From IMG/VR virus record IMGVR_UViG_3300049139_000160, positions 1 to 25,807 of that record: a stretch of DNA of 25,807 nt; one strand, given 5' to 3'. Source of the stretch: a virus (taxonomy: Duplodnaviria > Caudoviricetes). Below are positions 23,243 through 25,807 of the stretch, one piece after another. Positions within the stretch are counted from its first letter, which is position 1, and every line of letters begins with the position of its first letter. A program made the translations under genes and the position numbers. The notes beneath the pieces were generated by a model. That model was not told the origin of the DNA. It worked only from the letters and a program-made list of their open reading frames with translations, and searched no databases.

Positions 23243-24307
23243 TCACCACACCGTCGCAGCGATGTGGATGTCCGGGGTGTACATGACCGGCAGCGCGGCC
23301 GCCGAGCCCTTGGTCCACACCTGGACCGGGTCGTCCTGGTAGCCGGAGGTGACGATGATGCCCGGCGCCTCGGACCGTTCGATGGACGGGTTGCCGCCGG
23401 TGGACAGCACCAGGCCCTCGGCGGTGAGGCCGTACTGGGTCTCTGCCATCTGCCGTGCGTTGGGCGGCAGGAGGAAGAACATGTTCTCCGGCAGGACCCG
23501 GACGTCGGTGCCGTTGTCGAGGGGCACCTTGACGTCGTAGGTGGTGATCGGCGGCAGGCCGTAGCGGCCGCGGACGACGTTGACCTCGTTCGGCGCGAGG
23601 ACCGCGGTGGGGATGGTGGAGGCGGAGTTCACGCTGCCGTAGTAGGCGGCGCGGTAGGAGTCGTTGCCGAGCATCAGCGCCCACGTCTTGTACGACGTGA
23701 GGGCCCGGGAGGGCAGCGGTGCTCCGGAGGCGCGCAGGACCTCCATCCAGCGCATCTCATCGCCCAGGATGTCGGCGGTCGGGTCGGTCCACGCGGTCGG
23801 CGCGGTCGGCATGTTCGCGGCAGGGACGTTGTGGTTGGCCTCGAGGGTGAGGCCGTTCTCACCGGTGAGGGTGAACTTGCCGTCCTTGAGGAGGTCGCCG
23901 GCGGCGAGCTCCATGCGGTGCTTGATCGACAGGACGTGGGCGGCGACGTCGTCGTAGATCGCGTTGACCAGGTCGTCGCCGTCCATGCCGCGCGAGACGT
24001 TCTCAAGGATCGTCTCGAGCTCGCCGACGATGTACTTCTGCCCCAGGGGCAGGAGCTTGCCGGAGGTCGCGAACTGCGTGATCTCACGCGTGGCGACCTT
24101 GGTCTGGGCGTCCCACGCGCGGTAGGACGCGGCGGCGACCCGGCGGCGGGTACCGCGGACTTCCCACTTGACGGAGTTGACCGTGCGCTCGGGGATGACC
24201 GACTGGGTGAGCTCGTAGTCGGCCGGGGTCTGGATCTCCCGGACGAACGCGTTGATCTCGGTGGCGTTGATGTCCCGGAGGAGGACCTCGAGCATGTCGT
24301 TAGGCAT
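23243..24307 (-). CDS. Major capsid protein (lambda gpE-like family)
   Basis: 354 aa after scaffold and decoration genes; ASYRAWDA, LLPLGQK, RMELAAGDLLKDGK, WTDPTADILGD, GLPPITTYD, ALPVMYTP. Confidence 0.92.
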   Translation of the reverse strand: MPNDMLEVLLRDINATEINAFVREIQTPADYELTQSVIPERTVNSVKWEVRGTRRRVAAASYRAWDAQTKVATREITQFATSGKLLPLGQKYIVGELETILENVSRGMDGDDLVNAIYDDVAAHVLSIKHRMELAAGDLLKDGKFTLTGENGLTLEANHNVPAANMPTAPTAWTDPTADILGDEMRWMEVLRASGAPLPSRALTSYKTWALMLGNDSYRAAYYGSVNSASTIPTAVLAPNEVNVVRGRYGLPPITTYDVKVPLDNGTDVRVLPENMFFLLPPNARQMAETQYGLTAEGLVLSTGGNPSIERSEAPGIIVTSGYQDDPVQVWTKGSAAALPVMYTPDIHIAATVW

Positions 24308-24320
24308 GGGGGGTCCCCTC

Positions 24321-25055
24321 TCAGACCTTGTAGACGAACGACTGGTTGGACTCGGCGGACAGGTCCGTCGGGTCGAAAGCGACCGGGAGCTTGGCGACGT
24401 CGATCTGGCCGTGGACCATCAGCGGCGCCGCGACCTTCGTGGACGTCGGGAAGAACGACACCTCGGTGAACAGGAACCCGGCGAAGTTCTGCGTACCGGA
24501 TGCGGAGCCGGCGGCGCCGCCCGCGGTGGTGGTGGCGATGGTGACGCCAGGCGTGGACCCGCCGGTGAACGACGCGGTAGCGGTCGGCTGGGCCACGTTC
24601 TCGCCCAGGTACTGCCCACCCCAGGTCAGGGTGTAGGGGCCGCCGGCCGCGCCGGTGACCGTGACGTCGCCCGGGTTGATGTTCGACAGGGCCTCGAGCG
24701 CGGTCTGCACGGCCGCGGCGGTGGCGTTGTACGCGATGGCCGCTGTGGTCTGGCCGGAGAACGTGAGCGTGAACGTGCCGCCGGTCGGCGAGCCGGTGAT
24801 GGTGGCTGTCTGGACCTCGTTGGTCAGCGCGGCGTACGGCTCGAACAGGCCGGTGGTGGTGTTCTTGCCGAGGGGGATGCCGGACTTCAGCTTCCGCTCG
24901 GGCTGGTACTTCGACGCCTCCGTCCAGTGGAGGTTCTCGTCGAAGGCGGTGAGGTCGAGGGTGACGGACTGGTTGGCTTCGATGCCGAGCATGCTCATCA
25001 GCCACGGGCGGCCGACGGCGAGCGTCTCGGTGGTGGTGTACGGCTGGATGTCCAC
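24321..25055 (-). CDS. Head decoration protein with an inserted beta-rich (NEVQT...) domain
   Basis: Between scaffold and capsid; LKSGIPLGK...GLFEPY and FAGFLFTEV...HGQIDVAKLP flank a ~100-aa Thr/Gly-rich insert. GTG at 25055 follows AAAGGGG. Confidence 0.82.
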   Translation of the reverse strand: MDIQPYTTTETLAVGRPWLMSMLGIEANQSVTLDLTAFDENLHWTEASKYQPERKLKSGIPLGKNTTTGLFEPYAALTNEVQTATITGSPTGGTFTLTFSGQTTAAIAYNATAAAVQTALEALSNINPGDVTVTGAAGGPYTLTWGGQYLGENVAQPTATASFTGGSTPGVTIATTTAGGAAGSASGTQNFAGFLFTEVSFFPTSTKVAAPLMVHGQIDVAKLPVAFDPTDLSAESNQSFVYKV

Positions 25056-25161
25056 GCCGTGCCCCTTTCGCGAGTGTCGCGGTGTGTGAGAGGGCACCGG
25101 TCGAGATGTTCGGTGGTGCCGTCCACGGGGGTGAGGGCGTGGTCCCTACGCTGGTGCGGTC
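25056..25161 (-). promoter_or_regulatory. Conserved leader motif, copy 1 (before the decoration + major capsid genes)
   Basis: Same ordered blocks as 18846-18931, with a compensatory change in the hairpin. Confidence 0.6.
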
Positions 25162-25168
25162 TTAAGGG

Positions 25169-25807
25169 TCAGGCTGCGTCGTCGTTGCGCAGTCCCATGT
25201 CGGCGGCCCGCTTGCGGGCGGCGGTGCGGATGGCGTCCTTGCCGGTGGCGGGGGTGCGTGCCGGGGGCCCGCCGGCCGGGGCGCCGGACGGCGCGGGCGG
25301 CAGCACCTGCTGCGGCGCGGGGGTGGCGCCGAACAGCTCGCCGCGGCGTTCCTTCAGCGCGGTGGCGGCTTCGGTGATGGCCGTCTCGTCGGCGTCGTCG
25401 GCGATACGGCCGGCAAGGAGCGCGGCGGCGTCGTCGAGGTCGTCACCGGTGGCGCCGAGCCGGACGAGGACTGATCGCATCTTCGTCTCCCGGTCTCGGC
25501 GGGTGATCTCAGCGGCCCGGGCTTCGAGCGCGGCGTTCTTCGCCTCGAGGTCGCTCTGGAGCTGGGCGAGTTCCTCGGCGCGGCGCTGCTCCTCGGACAG
25601 CTGGGCCTGGCGGGCCTTCTCTGCTTCCTGGAACAGGGTGCCGAACTTGGCCGGGTCGAACGTCTCGGGGTCGAGGCCGGCGGCTTCGGCGATGGCGCGC
25701 ATGGCGGCGCGGCGGCCCTCCTCCTTCTCCTCGGCCATCATTTTGTTCAGGCGGCGCTGGGTGAAGGACACCTTCTCGTCGTCCGGGTCGACGGCCGGGG
25801 CGGCGGG
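25169..25807 (-). CDS. Capsid scaffolding protein (5' end outside the window)
   Basis: FTQRRLNKMMAEEK, long Glu/Ala/Lys coiled coil, ELFG motif and Pro-rich tail; upstream of decoration and capsid; frame stays open to the window edge. Confidence 0.85.
   Translation of the reverse strand, partial: PAAPAVDPDDEKVSFTQRRLNKMMAEEKEEGRRAAMRAIAEAAGLDPETFDPAKFGTLFQEAEKARQAQLSEEQRRAEELAQLQSDLEAKNAALEARAAEITRRDRETKMRSVLVRLGATGDDLDDAAALLAGRIADDADETAITEAATALKERRGELFGATPAPQQVLPPAPSGAPAGGPPARTPATGKDAIRTAARKRAADMGLRNDDAA

Larger units (their letters stand above)
1..25807 (-). mobile_element. Temperate siphovirus-like prophage or phage-plasmid of a high-GC actinomycete (probably Streptomyces); both ends outside the window
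   Basis: Continuous head-tail-lysis-recombination gene order with translational coupling and no host housekeeping genes. Confidence 0.92.

Noticed and set aside
25144-25153. CCCTACGCTG identical to the candidate -10 region at 8063-8072
   Set aside because: Opposite orientation relative to the genes and not present in the second leader copy; cannot be distinguished from chance.

Overview
Very high-GC (Streptomyces-like) DNA containing the late-gene half of a temperate siphovirus-type element, either a prophage or a phage-plasmid. It is almost entirely on the minus strand. Read in transcription order (right to left), the head module has a partial scaffold, head decoration protein with an inserted domain, major capsid protein, small head-completion genes and a MuF/minor-capsid-like gene. 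Three accessory genes follow, including a Spherulin-4/GH135-type polysaccharide hydrolase. The tail module has head-tail connectors, major tail protein, G/GT chaperones with a GGGAAAA -1 frameshift, a 1472-aa tape measure, Dit, hub and minor tail/fibre genes. The lysis region has a papain-like protease, an AT-richer HNH endonuclease, an amidase-LysM-PG-binding endolysin and a holin-type cluster of four small genes. A structured non-coding region with one small plus-strand ORF comes next, then an excisionase-like HTH, a Cys/His protein, a tyrosine recombinase with an adjacent dif-like site, and two further coupled genes. Most notable: (1) a GH135 exopolysaccharide hydrolase inside the head module; (2) an HNH cassette whose foreign codon usage begins at the catalytic NSWG motif of the upstream protease; (3) a repeated leader motif with a compensatory base change before the capsid and tail-tube genes; (4) a dif-like site at the recombinase start; (5) a type I toxin-like structured locus. 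All product calls come from motif recognition and synteny, without database searches.
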